This document shows positions 24,247 to 34,414 of a DNA stretch of 64,000 bases, in pieces. The translations under genes were made by a program, and so were the position numbers. Within the stretch, counting starts at the first letter, position 1, and each line of letters starts with the position of its first letter. The notes beneath the pieces were generated by a model, which saw only the letters and a program-made list of their open reading frames with translations, ran no database searches and had not been told where the DNA came from. Source of the DNA: a virus; the IMG/VR virus record IMGVR_UViG_3300027861_000010; one strand, written 5' to 3'.

Positions 24247-26772
24247 ATGGAAGGAACCATGCATACTTCAATTATTACAAAATCTGCCAACCTTGGCGGC
24301 AGTGGTGGCGAGACGGAATTTGAACAAGCATTTTCCAGCCTCGCATACGCTTACCTGCGGGACAAAGCTCCTCGATTGCTCGACCACATGGTCGGCTTTC
24401 AGCTTGTCGACCGCAACGAAGACAACACCAAAGCCATGGGGATCTTCGGATTCCAGATCGATAAGCAGTGGCTTTATGCTCCCGTCTTCTTCCTGAACGG
24501 TGACCTCAAGGGTCATGAGTTGTTGTACATGAAGAACAACGACTCCTTCGTTCCGATGAAGGAGAACTGGATCAACTACATCATGAGCCGCAAGCCTCAT
24601 GTATTGGGCGAGTCCTCTTCAGATCAACTGCGGGATCTTGGAGGCATCTACCCTGATATCCGGTCGCTTTCGATACCGCCTTCGGTTGGCGGCGGTAAGC
24701 GAGCATCGGATCAGGAGTGGCTGAAAGACGCTATGCCGATGCTGGCTGCGTTCAAAGTCAAAGCTGCCAGCTCGCTTTTCCCTGGAGCTGGAAACCGCAA
24801 ACTTAACCAGGCAGCTGTCGTCGAAGCTCCGCTTACTGCGGCATTGACCAAGCACGCTCAAAATCTGGATTTTAACCAGATCATGCCGACCAGCTTGGAA
24901 TTGATGAAGCAGGCACACGACATCGCTGAGATGTATCCGACCATTAAGCAGGCGATGCAGAAGTTCTACGGCGTCGATTGTTTCAGCCGATGGGGCCGAG
25001 AGTATCGCGATAACACGGCCAAAGAGGCTGGCAACATCATGCCAGAGAAGCGGGCTGCCGCTCGGCCATACATGCCTGGCAATTTGCTGATTCCTACGGA
25101 GCGACCGGCTGGTCCCGTCGACCACGAAAAATCCGGCAAGCTCCGGATGTATGTTTACGAAGAAGTCATTGTCAGCAAGGCTCCGGAGTTGGACGAGGAC
25201 GAGCGTGAGCGTCTACAGAAAGACACCGTCCTGATTAAGGATCACCGCGAAGGGGAAGAAGTCAGCAAGGCCTACAATACTCAGGTCGAAGCCAAACTGA
25301 CGAATCCCTCAGAGACCGCCCTCTACCGTGTGTTGGTTAAGCCGGGCGAGTTCAAAAAGATGCTGATCGCCATGAACGGCTCCAGCAATCGAGGTCGTGA
25401 AGCCATGGCGACAGTTGTCCGCCTGGAAGATAACGGCGACGGATCGAACAAGGCCTGGTTGAATACGCACCCGACCAATGTTTTCGCTGATCAGATCAGT
25501 GAACGTGATGAGTGGGAAGAGTGGTTCAACGGATTGGGCGATTCAAGTTCGCTGACTGAAGGTGCTGAGTACATCGCAGTCGCAGAGAACGGTTCAACCT
25601 CGGTGCCATTTACCGTGCAGTCCAGTTACGGCGATGATCGTTATCGTGTTGATTTCCGTACCGACATTAACTGGAACGAGACTCGACCAGCCACGATGCC
25701 TCGTGTTGCTGCTAACCGTTTCGATCAGTACGGTGACGACCAGGACCGGGCTCCGTCGCCGTACGGGGCAATGCTTTACATCAACAAGGAAGGCAAGAAG
25801 GGCACCAAGATTCGAGCGATCGGTGGCGAACTTCGCATTCCAGAGGACTTCAAGTTCCTTAAACTCAAAAGCCCACAGAAGTCGAAACCTGGCGAGCTCA
25901 TGTGTTGTAGCGATTACGAGACTCGTAGCGACATGCCGCCTATCAATCTCGGAAAGATCGACGACATCCAGTTGCTCTTCCACGAGAAGACAGCTCGATT
26001 GAAGGTTTTCAACAACGGCACTGACGTGTATATCTCGTCGCCGTTGGGTGAGCAGTGTCTATCTAAGAAGTCTGCTCTACTGAACCTGGTCGGTACGCAT
26101 GGCTTTCGTGAAAAGGTTGCCCGGGAGATTCTGACTTACGCCGAACAGAAAGGTAACGCGGTTTACCGTGCGTCTTATGCTCCCGGCTATGGGCCTGAAA
26201 AACAAGCTGCTCCGAACAGAAGTATGCTGGCTGGCGGGCCAAGTGCTCCGATGTACGATGACTTTGCCAACGAGCAGAGTGTGGAAGAATACGGTCCTCG
26301 AACGGCTGTACCAACTCAGTACGGTAGCGAGCAGGCTTACCGTGTCGACAGCATGACAGCAGATCAGACCGATCCGGCAGTATGGGACAATTGGCAGAAC
26401 TATTCTGCTGAGGATTTCCAAAGCAGCATGCAGGTTGCTCAGCAGGCCGGTGCCGAAGGTCAGAAAGAGGTTTTCGACACTTCGATGATCTCTGGAATGC
26501 TCAAGTCCGTTCGACAGGATTCGCTTGTTGAGCGACATCTTGGTAGTCTGGTCGAAGCGTTGGACGCTCTTGGGCGTTTGATCATGAACTTCTACTGGCA
26601 CCAGGAGGAGTTTGAAGATCGTTACGGTAAGAGCGATTTACCTGAACTGGAAGACAGCTTGCGGAATGCATTCGAGTCCCTGGGTGACATCACTCTGTTC
26701 CTCAAAGAGAAAACTATCGAATCGCCGTTCGACGAAGGCGATGTCGATCTCGAAGAAACTGCAAGGAATTAA
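24247..26772 (+). CDS. Large putative virion head-associated protein with many K-x-A sites
   Basis: KSAN, KRAS, KHAQ, KRAA, KTAR, KQAA; globular-looking N-domain (PVFFLNGDLKG) and helical C-domain. Confidence 0.6.
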   Translation: MEGTMHTSIITKSANLGGSGGETEFEQAFSSLAYAYLRDKAPRLLDHMVGFQLVDRNEDNTKAMGIFGFQIDKQWLYAPVFFLNGDLKGHELLYMKNNDSFVPMKENWINYIMSRKPHVLGESSSDQLRDLGGIYPDIRSLSIPPSVGGGKRASDQEWLKDAMPMLAAFKVKAASSLFPGAGNRKLNQAAVVEAPLTAALTKHAQNLDFNQIMPTSLELMKQAHDIAEMYPTIKQAMQKFYGVDCFSRWGREYRDNTAKEAGNIMPEKRAAARPYMPGNLLIPTERPAGPVDHEKSGKLRMYVYEEVIVSKAPELDEDERERLQKDTVLIKDHREGEEVSKAYNTQVEAKLTNPSETALYRVLVKPGEFKKMLIAMNGSSNRGREAMATVVRLEDNGDGSNKAWLNTHPTNVFADQISERDEWEEWFNGLGDSSSLTEGAEYIAVAENGSTSVPFTVQSSYGDDRYRVDFRTDINWNETRPATMPRVAANRFDQYGDDQDRAPSPYGAMLYINKEGKKGTKIRAIGGELRIPEDFKFLKLKSPQKSKPGELMCCSDYETRSDMPPINLGKIDDIQLLFHEKTARLKVFNNGTDVYISSPLGEQCLSKKSALLNLVGTHGFREKVAREILTYAEQKGNAVYRASYAPGYGPEKQAAPNRSMLAGGPSAPMYDDFANEQSVEEYGPRTAVPTQYGSEQAYRVDSMTADQTDPAVWDNWQNYSAEDFQSSMQVAQQAGAEGQKEVFDTSMISGMLKSVRQDSLVERHLGSLVEALDALGRLIMNFYWHQEEFEDRYGKSDLPELEDSLRNAFESLGDITLFLKEKTIESPFDEGDVDLEETARN
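24860..24873. repeat. Palindrome copy AAAATCTGGATTTT (1 mismatch)
   Basis: Reverse complement of the 36347 copy; 18 of 19 bp shared including flanks. Confidence 0.7.
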
Positions 26773-26775
26773 ACT

Positions 26776-27417
26776 ATGGCTGGTGGATACTCTCGAACAG
26801 TTGCCTTCACGGGCGTGGCAGCAACTCCTATTTGCGTGGAGTTGCCGCTGCCTCCTCGCGGTATTCTGGAGCGGCTGATTGTTACTCAGGTGTCAGGCAC
26901 ACCAGGCGGCGGTACGCTTTCGGTCTATAATCGGAAAGGGGCTTGTGTTGGCGAAGTTGACTTGAATGTCGACGAGTCCGGCTCAGTAACCGCCTCGGCT
27001 GGAAGCCCTGGAAATGTTCTTATCTTCTTCGCTGCGGACCACAATCTAAAGGTTGGTGATTCGTTCGAGGTCAAAGGGCACACTGAGGCAAGTGTCAATG
27101 TAACGCACGAGGTTGTCACAGTTATCAATTCTACTACTGTTATAACTGACATTGCGTTCGTAGGAGTAGGCACTGGCGGCGTTTGGCAGACTTCACCATT
27201 CTTTCCAACCCAACACCCAGACTCCCACCTTGTTTACGAGGGCACCGTAGCCGCTGGATCGCTGAAGGCTTTCGATATTGGCCGAGGCTATGAGAATCGA
27301 GACAACCAGAGTGAAACGATGCGAGCTCGGCACCAAGCCCTGTGGATGGAGTTTACCCCGGCGAACCCCGGCGACTACGAAGTCGCAGTTACTGCTGAAG
27401 CCGACACTGTGATCTAG
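26776..27417 (+). CDS. Beta-rich structural protein with inserted FCCH-like small domain
   Basis: FAADHNLKVGDSFEVKG..VVTVINSTTV resembles the H-x-L-x-x-G-D phage fibre module. Confidence 0.5.
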   Translation: MAGGYSRTVAFTGVAATPICVELPLPPRGILERLIVTQVSGTPGGGTLSVYNRKGACVGEVDLNVDESGSVTASAGSPGNVLIFFAADHNLKVGDSFEVKGHTEASVNVTHEVVTVINSTTVITDIAFVGVGTGGVWQTSPFFPTQHPDSHLVYEGTVAAGSLKAFDIGRGYENRDNQSETMRARHQALWMEFTPANPGDYEVAVTAEADTVI

Positions 27418-27426
27418 GAGAGACCC

Positions 27427-28452
27427 TTGAAGGTTTACAGGGACGTAAAATTAGCTGATCCTTTCTTAAGGCCAAACTGGCGACACGAGCGTGTTGTCAA
27501 GATGCTTGATAGTGTGCCGCCGGAACGTGTCAAGCGAACTGACGACGAGTGGATTGCTGGTTACAAGAAGTTCTTGCAGCAGTGGAGCAAAAGCGAAGCT
27601 AACCGGGACAAGCTCCTGTACGACAACCCTGGGTTGTACTTCGCTTACGTCATGTTCGATCGAATGTTCACGGAGCCTGAGCTTCGACTTATGATCGAAG
27701 CTCGGCTACTATCTGGCCTGACATACGCGGATATCGCAGAAGAATGTAAGACGATTCCGGAAACCATACAGTGGTATGAGCGGCTGTTCTTCAATGTGAT
27801 TGAGTTTTTACCCAACCACGATTGGATAATGAAGCACGTTCTCTTGCCATCCTCCGACCGTTTCGTGCAAGATGATACCGCGGATGATGACGAAGAAGTC
27901 GCCTTTGCCCCTAAACCTTCCAATGAAGTCGTCCGACCTCATCTTGATATGACGTTGAAGTTCTTCGCTTATTATGGTGGTCCAATGGTTTGCGACCAGA
28001 TGATCAGCGGATTCCGGCGAGATAAGCGAGTCACCTCGCATGAAGATCTTCCAGAGTATTTCCACGAACAATTCATGTCTCAAGTAACGCGTCGAAGTGC
28101 TCAGTCGTCAGGGCAATTCGAGATCAACAAGTACAACGTGATGGAGTTGTTCGCGACTCACACTAGAATTATCGAGATTCAACGATCGGCTGAGAGTGCG
28201 GAAGATCGTCACAACGAGTTTGAGAAACACGTCAATGCGATGTTGACTGAACTGCCATGGACTGTCGGCCTCGAAAGCAAGAAACTGTATGAAGGTTCTG
28301 AAATCGGGAAGTTCGACGCAGGTGCGTCTGAGCTGAACGAGGAAGAACTGATGCTATTCGGGTCGGGCAGAGAGCCGGAGTCGTTGGATGATGTTGCCGG
28401 TCTGACCATATCCAGCCGGAAGGAGCCGGAGAATAATGCAAAGTCTAAGTAA
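27427..28452 (+). CDS. Hypothetical protein
   Basis: GGAG RBS, TTG start, 341 aa. Confidence 0.65.
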   Translation: MKVYRDVKLADPFLRPNWRHERVVKMLDSVPPERVKRTDDEWIAGYKKFLQQWSKSEANRDKLLYDNPGLYFAYVMFDRMFTEPELRLMIEARLLSGLTYADIAEECKTIPETIQWYERLFFNVIEFLPNHDWIMKHVLLPSSDRFVQDDTADDDEEVAFAPKPSNEVVRPHLDMTLKFFAYYGGPMVCDQMISGFRRDKRVTSHEDLPEYFHEQFMSQVTRRSAQSSGQFEINKYNVMELFATHTRIIEIQRSAESAEDRHNEFEKHVNAMLTELPWTVGLESKKLYEGSEIGKFDAGASELNEEELMLFGSGREPESLDDVAGLTISSRKEPENNAKSK

Positions 28453-29827
28453 ATCTGATGAGCAGTTGCTGCTCGATGGCGTCAAGCAGGCGGTGGCCTT
28501 GGTGGATAACCAAGATCTATCGCCAAATGCTGCGATGCATAAGGTGGCTGAGGAGTTACAGTACTCCCCAGGCTTCCTCAAGGCAGCATGCAACGCGTTC
28601 AACAACGGGCGACAACTTGCCCAGTGGAACGCCAATGACTCCGTGTTGGATAAGTTGGCCAGCTTCCCGCTCGCCAATTACGACGAGATCCACGATACGA
28701 TGTGGGGTACGACACAGGAGAAGGTCGCATCTGTTTCATCGTTCGGCCCTAAGTTCGACACGTACGAAGAGCAATCTCGGCGGGAACTGTTGAACATGGA
28801 CCTGTCGAGCTTTGAGAAAGCCGCATCAGATGCTCCTGAAGTGCATCCGTTGGTGGCGGACGAACACGCTGATATGCGGTCCAAGCGAGCCTACTCTGAT
28901 TTTGAGTTCGCTCGGAGGGAGCTGGAAGAAGCTCGCCGCGAGAAGTCGTCCAATGACGACCGACTCAACCTGAAGATGCACTTGCTGGAGAATTACTTCC
29001 GCAAGTTTGCTTATGATCGTTTGCCGTTTGCCCAAGTAGAGCACGGCGTAGCGACTTATTTCGGGGAGCCCGGTAAAGCTCTGATGGGCTACATCGCCGA
29101 GCGATTTCCTCGAGAGAAGCGAGCTTCGGACCACCAATCAACTTGGGATGGTTTTCAGCAGCCGGTGAATCGACGACAAGAACCCTACGCTCTGATCGCT
29201 GATTGCATCAAGCAAGCCAAGGATCTGTATGCGGCCACAGTTCAACTCGCTGCCGCTGAGGAAAAGTTCGCCAAAGCAAAGGAAGGTGTTGCCCCTTTTT
29301 CACAACCCCGATCCCCAGAGTCGAATGGGAGCCAGCCTACCCTGACTCCATCGTTGATTGCTGATGGATCGGGGGAAAAGCAGGCCAACATTTTTGGAGG
29401 CATCGCTGGAGGCATGGGGCTTGGAGCTGCTAGGTCCATGACCGAAGGACTGGGCAGCGACCCGGAAGCTCGGATCGAGAAGCAGATTTCTGAACTGGAA
29501 AGCCCCGACCATCTGAACGAGATGCGAAAGATTCGAGCTCAGACCGTATTGACTCAGCTGATGAGCGATCCTGACAGCCCGCTCAGCGGCTACGATCCGG
29601 AAGAAGTGCTGACCGCATACAATGAAATGGTGCAACTGTCGCCCCGATTAGCAGATCAACCTGCGGCCATTGCTCCGCTCCTCAACAAGCGGTTGATGGG
29701 TAACACTGAGCCTTTCGAGGTTGGCGAGCAAGTCAAACTCGAGAAGGGACTCAAGGACGTACAGGCCCCACAGTCAGCACCCAAACCAGTGGACTTGATG
29801 AAAAATGAAGCCAGTATCATTAGCTGA
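28436..29827 (+). CDS. Putative virion head protein with K-x-A sites and a Gly-rich hydrophobic segment
   Basis: KLAS, KVAS, KAAS, KRAY, KFAY, KRAS, KFAK, KQAN-IFGGIAGGMGLGAA. Confidence 0.6.
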   Translation: MQSLSKSDEQLLLDGVKQAVALVDNQDLSPNAAMHKVAEELQYSPGFLKAACNAFNNGRQLAQWNANDSVLDKLASFPLANYDEIHDTMWGTTQEKVASVSSFGPKFDTYEEQSRRELLNMDLSSFEKAASDAPEVHPLVADEHADMRSKRAYSDFEFARRELEEARREKSSNDDRLNLKMHLLENYFRKFAYDRLPFAQVEHGVATYFGEPGKALMGYIAERFPREKRASDHQSTWDGFQQPVNRRQEPYALIADCIKQAKDLYAATVQLAAAEEKFAKAKEGVAPFSQPRSPESNGSQPTLTPSLIADGSGEKQANIFGGIAGGMGLGAARSMTEGLGSDPEARIEKQISELESPDHLNEMRKIRAQTVLTQLMSDPDSPLSGYDPEEVLTAYNEMVQLSPRLADQPAAIAPLLNKRLMGNTEPFEVGEQVKLEKGLKDVQAPQSAPKPVDLMKNEASIIS

Positions 29828-31052
29828 TATCACGTACGAGCAAGGACTCCAGTTGATTGTTCTGCGAAAGCAGGCTCTGGATTCTGGCAAAGTACGTCGC
29901 ATGCCCAAAGAGGCTCTGGACAGCAATTACCCGCTGCACGCTATCGGTACGCAAGTGCTGGAGAAGGTTGCAGAGGGTGGTTTTATGGACGGCATCGGTA
30001 AGTCGTTATCGAGCGGACTCAGCGGAGCCAAGGACTGGTTCGGTAAGTTGGATCCGACTGTGAAGTCCACGCTGATCGGCGGCGGACTTGGAGCAGGCAC
30101 CGGCTTGGCAGCATCCGCCATGAATCGGGATCGGCATTGGCTCCGTAACGCCTTGATGGGCGGTGTAGCCGGTAGTGCAATCGGTGGCGGTATTGGTGTT
30201 GCCCGTAACCCGGGTGCTGCTGACAAGATTCGAGACAAGCTCACTGGCTTCGCTGAGAGCTTCAATAACAAGGACGCCCCGAAACCAACAGCCGAAGCAG
30301 CACCTGGCGGCGGATCACCAACACCTGCCCCACTTGAAGACAAATCCGTTGCAGGTCGAGCTCGGCAACTGGTCGATGCAGATCCTGAAACTTCTGCCAG
30401 CCAGATTGATTCCCTGCGAACTGACGCTGAGAGTTGGGCTCCGGAAATTGTTCACGGAACTGGAGCGGCTGGAACGGTCGGAGCCACAGGTTACGCCCTG
30501 CGTAAGTTGCAGCAGATGAAAGGGTATGACCCTGACGCGATGCTGACTCACCTGGGTCAAATGGCTGACGATACTCCAAACCTTCCTCGTAAGTTGGATT
30601 CGATTGGTATTCGTACCATGGATCAAACTGACGAGGCGTTGAGAGGGCTGGGTCCAATCGCTACTCAGCCGGGTCGAGATGCAGCATTGTGGCGGCAATT
30701 TCGAGCCAACCCGCAAGACCCAGCTCTGCGGAAGCAGATTGAAAAACTGTTGGCTGCTCGGGGAATCAAACGTAATTTGATGGGTGGTGTCGCGGCAAAG
30801 GGTTCACCTGCACTGAAGAATTTCCTTGCAGGCAGCGGTGATGATGCCCTTGAAACCGTCCTGAGCAAAGGCTTCAGCGGCAGACGACCTGTTCGAGGCG
30901 GAGCTGCTGGTCTACTTGTCGGAGCTAGCGGGTTAGGGCTCAAGGGGCTATGGGACAGCTACAAATCACAGCAAGCTCACCGCACGGACGCTAAGAATGT
31001 TCTTGACGCCGTGCGAGCTGAACTAGCAAAACGAAATGCCGCAGGCGGGTAA
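29805..31052 (+). CDS. Putative ejection protein with glycine-zipper segments
   Basis: EKVA site, then LIGGGLGAGTGLAA, LMGGVAGSAIGGGIGVA, GGAAGLLVGASGLGL; no Cys. Confidence 0.55.
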   Translation: MKPVSLADITYEQGLQLIVLRKQALDSGKVRRMPKEALDSNYPLHAIGTQVLEKVAEGGFMDGIGKSLSSGLSGAKDWFGKLDPTVKSTLIGGGLGAGTGLAASAMNRDRHWLRNALMGGVAGSAIGGGIGVARNPGAADKIRDKLTGFAESFNNKDAPKPTAEAAPGGGSPTPAPLEDKSVAGRARQLVDADPETSASQIDSLRTDAESWAPEIVHGTGAAGTVGATGYALRKLQQMKGYDPDAMLTHLGQMADDTPNLPRKLDSIGIRTMDQTDEALRGLGPIATQPGRDAALWRQFRANPQDPALRKQIEKLLAARGIKRNLMGGVAAKGSPALKNFLAGSGDDALETVLSKGFSGRRPVRGGAAGLLVGASGLGLKGLWDSYKSQQAHRTDAKNVLDAVRAELAKRNAAGG

Positions 31053-32532
31053 CGATATGGGAATGGTCAAATTTGTCTCGCCTCTGGGTTGGGACTTTCA
31101 ACAACGGATTGTCACTCCAGTCAAGGTTAGCAGCCGGGGCTTAACGGGATCGGATCGTACCGAATTCCTGAAGTCAGCCAGTCATGCTTTTCTTCCTCAG
31201 CTGGACAACGTCAAATTCGCTAAAGACGAGATCCCGGTTCATTTGATCGCCCTGGGCTCGAGCGAAGCTTACGGTCCCAACCGAAATGGTGACGGATTTA
31301 AGGAAGCAGCTTGCCGACAGTTCCACGATACGTTCGTGAAGTTTGCCAAGTTCTACCGCAACCACAAAAACAAAGCGGAAAGGGGAGACCCTTTCTACGG
31401 CATCGTCAAAGCTTCAGCGTACAACGAAGACATGCGGCGGGTGGAATTACTTTGTGCCTTGAACGCCGAGAAGTCAGCAGCGTCCCGTAATGGCGGGTTC
31501 GTTGCTGATGCTGAGATTGAGAAGATTGCTCGCGGCGAGGACATTCCTGTCAGCATGGCTTGCCGTGTTCCGAACGATGTTTGCTCGTTCTGCAAACATG
31601 CAGCCCGTAATCGGGACGAGTATTGTACCGGCGAGAAGTGTGCAGCTGGCGGTTGTCGGTCCAACCTGACACGGTTGGTAAAAGTTGCAGGCGACCTACA
31701 TCATCTACATGTCGACAATCCTAATCCAACCTGGTTCGACATCAGCCGAGTGTTCCGTCCTGCAGATCGAATTGCTTACGGAGCCAAAGCTGACTACCTG
31801 ACTAAGTCTGCATCTGATGCGGCTTGGTTCGACTTGCAGGACTACATCAAGATGGCGGAGCACTCGACTGCTCCGTTGGATGTTATCCTTTATCAGACAG
31901 GAAATCACGGTCTTTGGTCAGAGAAGTATGCATCCCAGGTCCGACTTGGTTATGCTTTAGCGGCTCTGGAAGGCGAGCGGGGCTCTACAAATGAGTATCG
32001 TCCCTTCAACACCAAGCCGTTTCCTGTTGAGAAGCTGGCTGTATTCGGTTCAGCGGAGTGTGATACTCAGCTGGCCGCATTAGCCGATCGCAAGATCATT
32101 CTCAATGTGCAAGACTATGCCAGGTTGGCTGGGAGAGAGGAGCATGTTAAAAGTGCTGCTGCGATTCTGCCTGGTATTTACACCAGAATGACAGATGATG
32201 AGAGTCTTCCGCTTCGTGTTGAAGCTGGGGCTTGCTCGTTTGTCGAGAAGACAGCGAATGAGAATTCGCGTATGCTTGCTGCTTCGACTTTTGCAGAACA
32301 TTCTCTGCAGAAGTCAGCCTGCGAGGATCGTGGATACCTCAGTTGTATTCGGGAGCAACGCGTTCCTGAATTTATTTTGTTTGAAAAGTTAGCTTCCTGT
32401 GACAAGGACGGCGAAGAGTTAGCCAGAGACTACGCAATGTATAAACTGGCTGCTTTATGGCGTACCGCGGCAGAGGATTCTGAGTTTCCATTGACAGTTA
32501 GGTTAACTCTTCGTCAGAATCAGGTACTTTGA
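31036..32532 (+). CDS. Prohead maturation protease (HK97/herpes assemblin-like), with Cys cluster and K-x-A-rich C-terminus
   Basis: N-x-NGD, FYRNH (candidate His), PVSMAC (candidate Ser) followed by CSFC..C..C..C, FDISRVFRPAD; lies before scaffold and capsid genes; true start may be 31057 or 31063. Confidence 0.75.
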   Translation: MPQAGNDMGMVKFVSPLGWDFQQRIVTPVKVSSRGLTGSDRTEFLKSASHAFLPQLDNVKFAKDEIPVHLIALGSSEAYGPNRNGDGFKEAACRQFHDTFVKFAKFYRNHKNKAERGDPFYGIVKASAYNEDMRRVELLCALNAEKSAASRNGGFVADAEIEKIARGEDIPVSMACRVPNDVCSFCKHAARNRDEYCTGEKCAAGGCRSNLTRLVKVAGDLHHLHVDNPNPTWFDISRVFRPADRIAYGAKADYLTKSASDAAWFDLQDYIKMAEHSTAPLDVILYQTGNHGLWSEKYASQVRLGYALAALEGERGSTNEYRPFNTKPFPVEKLAVFGSAECDTQLAALADRKIILNVQDYARLAGREEHVKSAAAILPGIYTRMTDDESLPLRVEAGACSFVEKTANENSRMLAASTFAEHSLQKSACEDRGYLSCIREQRVPEFILFEKLASCDKDGEELARDYAMYKLAALWRTAAEDSEFPLTVRLTLRQNQVL

Positions 32533-32579
32533 AACCCTGAAGCTAACGGAGTCTTACCCGTTTCAGCAAGGAGTGCGTA

Positions 32580-33881
32580 ATGACCAACTCTGCAGTAGCG
32601 TCGATGAAATCCATCGACCGTTTTTTGCAGGAGGTCGCCGCTACCGAAAAGAAGGCTGCCGAGGCTAATACAGAGCCAGGTAGTGTCGGTGGCCCGACTG
32701 AACATCCTGTGAAAGATGTTGACGACTCAACTGAAGACGCGAAGGAAGGTGCCCGCTCTGCGGAAAATACTTCTGACGTGAAAGCCGACCAAGGCCCACC
32801 TTCTGTTGAAAACACACCGGATAATGTTGCCGCGAAAAAGGCGGTTGATGGCAAGTCGGAAGACGGGTCCGTCAATCCTCCTGGAACTGCGTCGGAAGAC
32901 CAGCTCCAGATCGGCACCAAAAAGGAACCCACGGGACAGGATCCCTCCGTCGAAACCTCCTCGGTAAAAGCCGAGAAGGAAGACCCAGCCGCGGCTGGTG
33001 ACGGATCGGTCGGTCACTCGACCCATCCTGCTCGTACAAATAACAGCGAGCTTGACGGCTACAAGTACGCTGAAATGGATCTGGATCAGTTGGCCAAGGT
33101 TGCGTCCGACATGGGCAACGACCTGCTGGTTAAACTTTCCCAGGCCCAGGACAGCGAACAGAAGCCAGTCAAGGCAGCCGAAGAAGACGACTCTTCGGAA
33201 GAGAAGGAAGCTGCTGCCGACGTAGCCGGTCAAGCCGGTTGGGAATTGGCAGGCCTCCTCAGCGGTGATTTTGACAAGAAGGCTGCTGATGCTCTGGTCC
33301 AGAATACTCTGGAAGAGATCATCAAGACTGCATCCGACGATGCAGAAAAGGTAGCTGAGTTCCTCCAGAGCTACTCGGAGGAAATGTCAAAAAAAGCAAT
33401 GGGTGAGATGCCGCAGGGCGTTGATCCTGCCGCGATGATGGGTGGCGAACCTGGTGCCGACCCTGCCGCCATGGGTGAAGATCCCGCTGCCATGATGGGC
33501 GGCGAGGGTGGAGCCGAAATGGAAGGCATGATGGGCGGTGGCGAGGAAGAGGCAGCCATGGGCGGTGGCGGTGACGACGTCGCACAATTGGCCGCGATTC
33601 TTGAATCTCTCGGCATCTCACCCGAAGAGCTTGAAGCAGCGATGGCTGCACAAGGCGGCATGGGCGAAGGCGGCGGGGAGGAAATGATGGGCGAAGGTGG
33701 CGGTGAAATGCCTCCTGGTCCACCTCCCGAAGAGGCTCCCGAAGACACTGCCGGTGAAACACCGGGAATGGAAGTGGAAGCTTCTGACAAGAGTGCCAAG
33801 ACGGCTGCGGCTAAGAAGGGTGCCGCTGAGAAGTCCACACGAGACTACATCCAGGAAGTCCTGGAACGGTCTCGACGTTAA
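32580..33881 (+). CDS. Head scaffolding protein
   Basis: Very acidic, low complexity, more than ten K-x-A motifs, DPAAMMGG repeats, C-terminal RDYIQEVLERSRR helix; between protease and capsid genes. Confidence 0.7.
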   Translation: MTNSAVASMKSIDRFLQEVAATEKKAAEANTEPGSVGGPTEHPVKDVDDSTEDAKEGARSAENTSDVKADQGPPSVENTPDNVAAKKAVDGKSEDGSVNPPGTASEDQLQIGTKKEPTGQDPSVETSSVKAEKEDPAAAGDGSVGHSTHPARTNNSELDGYKYAEMDLDQLAKVASDMGNDLLVKLSQAQDSEQKPVKAAEEDDSSEEKEAAADVAGQAGWELAGLLSGDFDKKAADALVQNTLEEIIKTASDDAEKVAEFLQSYSEEMSKKAMGEMPQGVDPAAMMGGEPGADPAAMGEDPAAMMGGEGGAEMEGMMGGGEEEAAMGGGGDDVAQLAAILESLGISPEELEAAMAAQGGMGEGGGEEMMGEGGGEMPPGPPPEEAPEDTAGETPGMEVEASDKSAKTAAAKKGAAEKSTRDYIQEVLERSRR

Positions 33882-33922
33882 TCCTTCATTTCATCAATCA
33901 AAACTCACGGAGGATTTCCGTA

Positions 33923-34363
33923 ATGAATACGAAGCTCGCAGCCCAGACGGTAGAGTTCATTGCCGCATCGTCGGCACTGAATGATCGCCTTATGGGTCAA
34001 GTGCAATCGTATCGTGAGAAAGAGAAGCAAGCCGCTGCGAAGCGGGATGCTGTTCTCGATCTCATGATCGAAACTGGCTCGGTTGCTCCCCATCAAAAGC
34101 AGGCAGCTGCTGAGATGTTGGCCAACCACGGTCAAAGTCTGGATCTCCTAGTCAACGCAATTAACAAGATGGCCAGCTATAAGCAGGCCAGCGAGAAGGC
34201 TGCGTCTGACCTGGGTCAAGCTGTTACTGAGAAGGAAGCTGGCATCAAAACCCAGCCCCAGGTCAAAGACAGCCTGAATGATCCTTATGTTGGACGTCGC
34301 ACTTCTGAAAAGAAGGCGTCGGACATGGCGATTCTGGCGGTTTTGGACGCTCCGCGTACTTAA
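33923..34363 (+). CDS. Small helical head-assembly protein with K-x-A sites
   Basis: KLAA, KQAA twice, KQAS, KAAS, KKAS. Confidence 0.6.
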   Translation: MNTKLAAQTVEFIAASSALNDRLMGQVQSYREKEKQAAAKRDAVLDLMIETGSVAPHQKQAAAEMLANHGQSLDLLVNAINKMASYKQASEKAASDLGQAVTEKEAGIKTQPQVKDSLNDPYVGRRTSEKKASDMAILAVLDAPRT

Positions 34364-34414
34364 CTTCAACATCTAAAGGCTACCAAGCTTTAATTGGTTC
34401 AAGGAGGACTAACT

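Noticed and set aside
24247-26772. Portal or terminase call
   Set aside because: No Walker A/nuclease or portal-like motifs recognised
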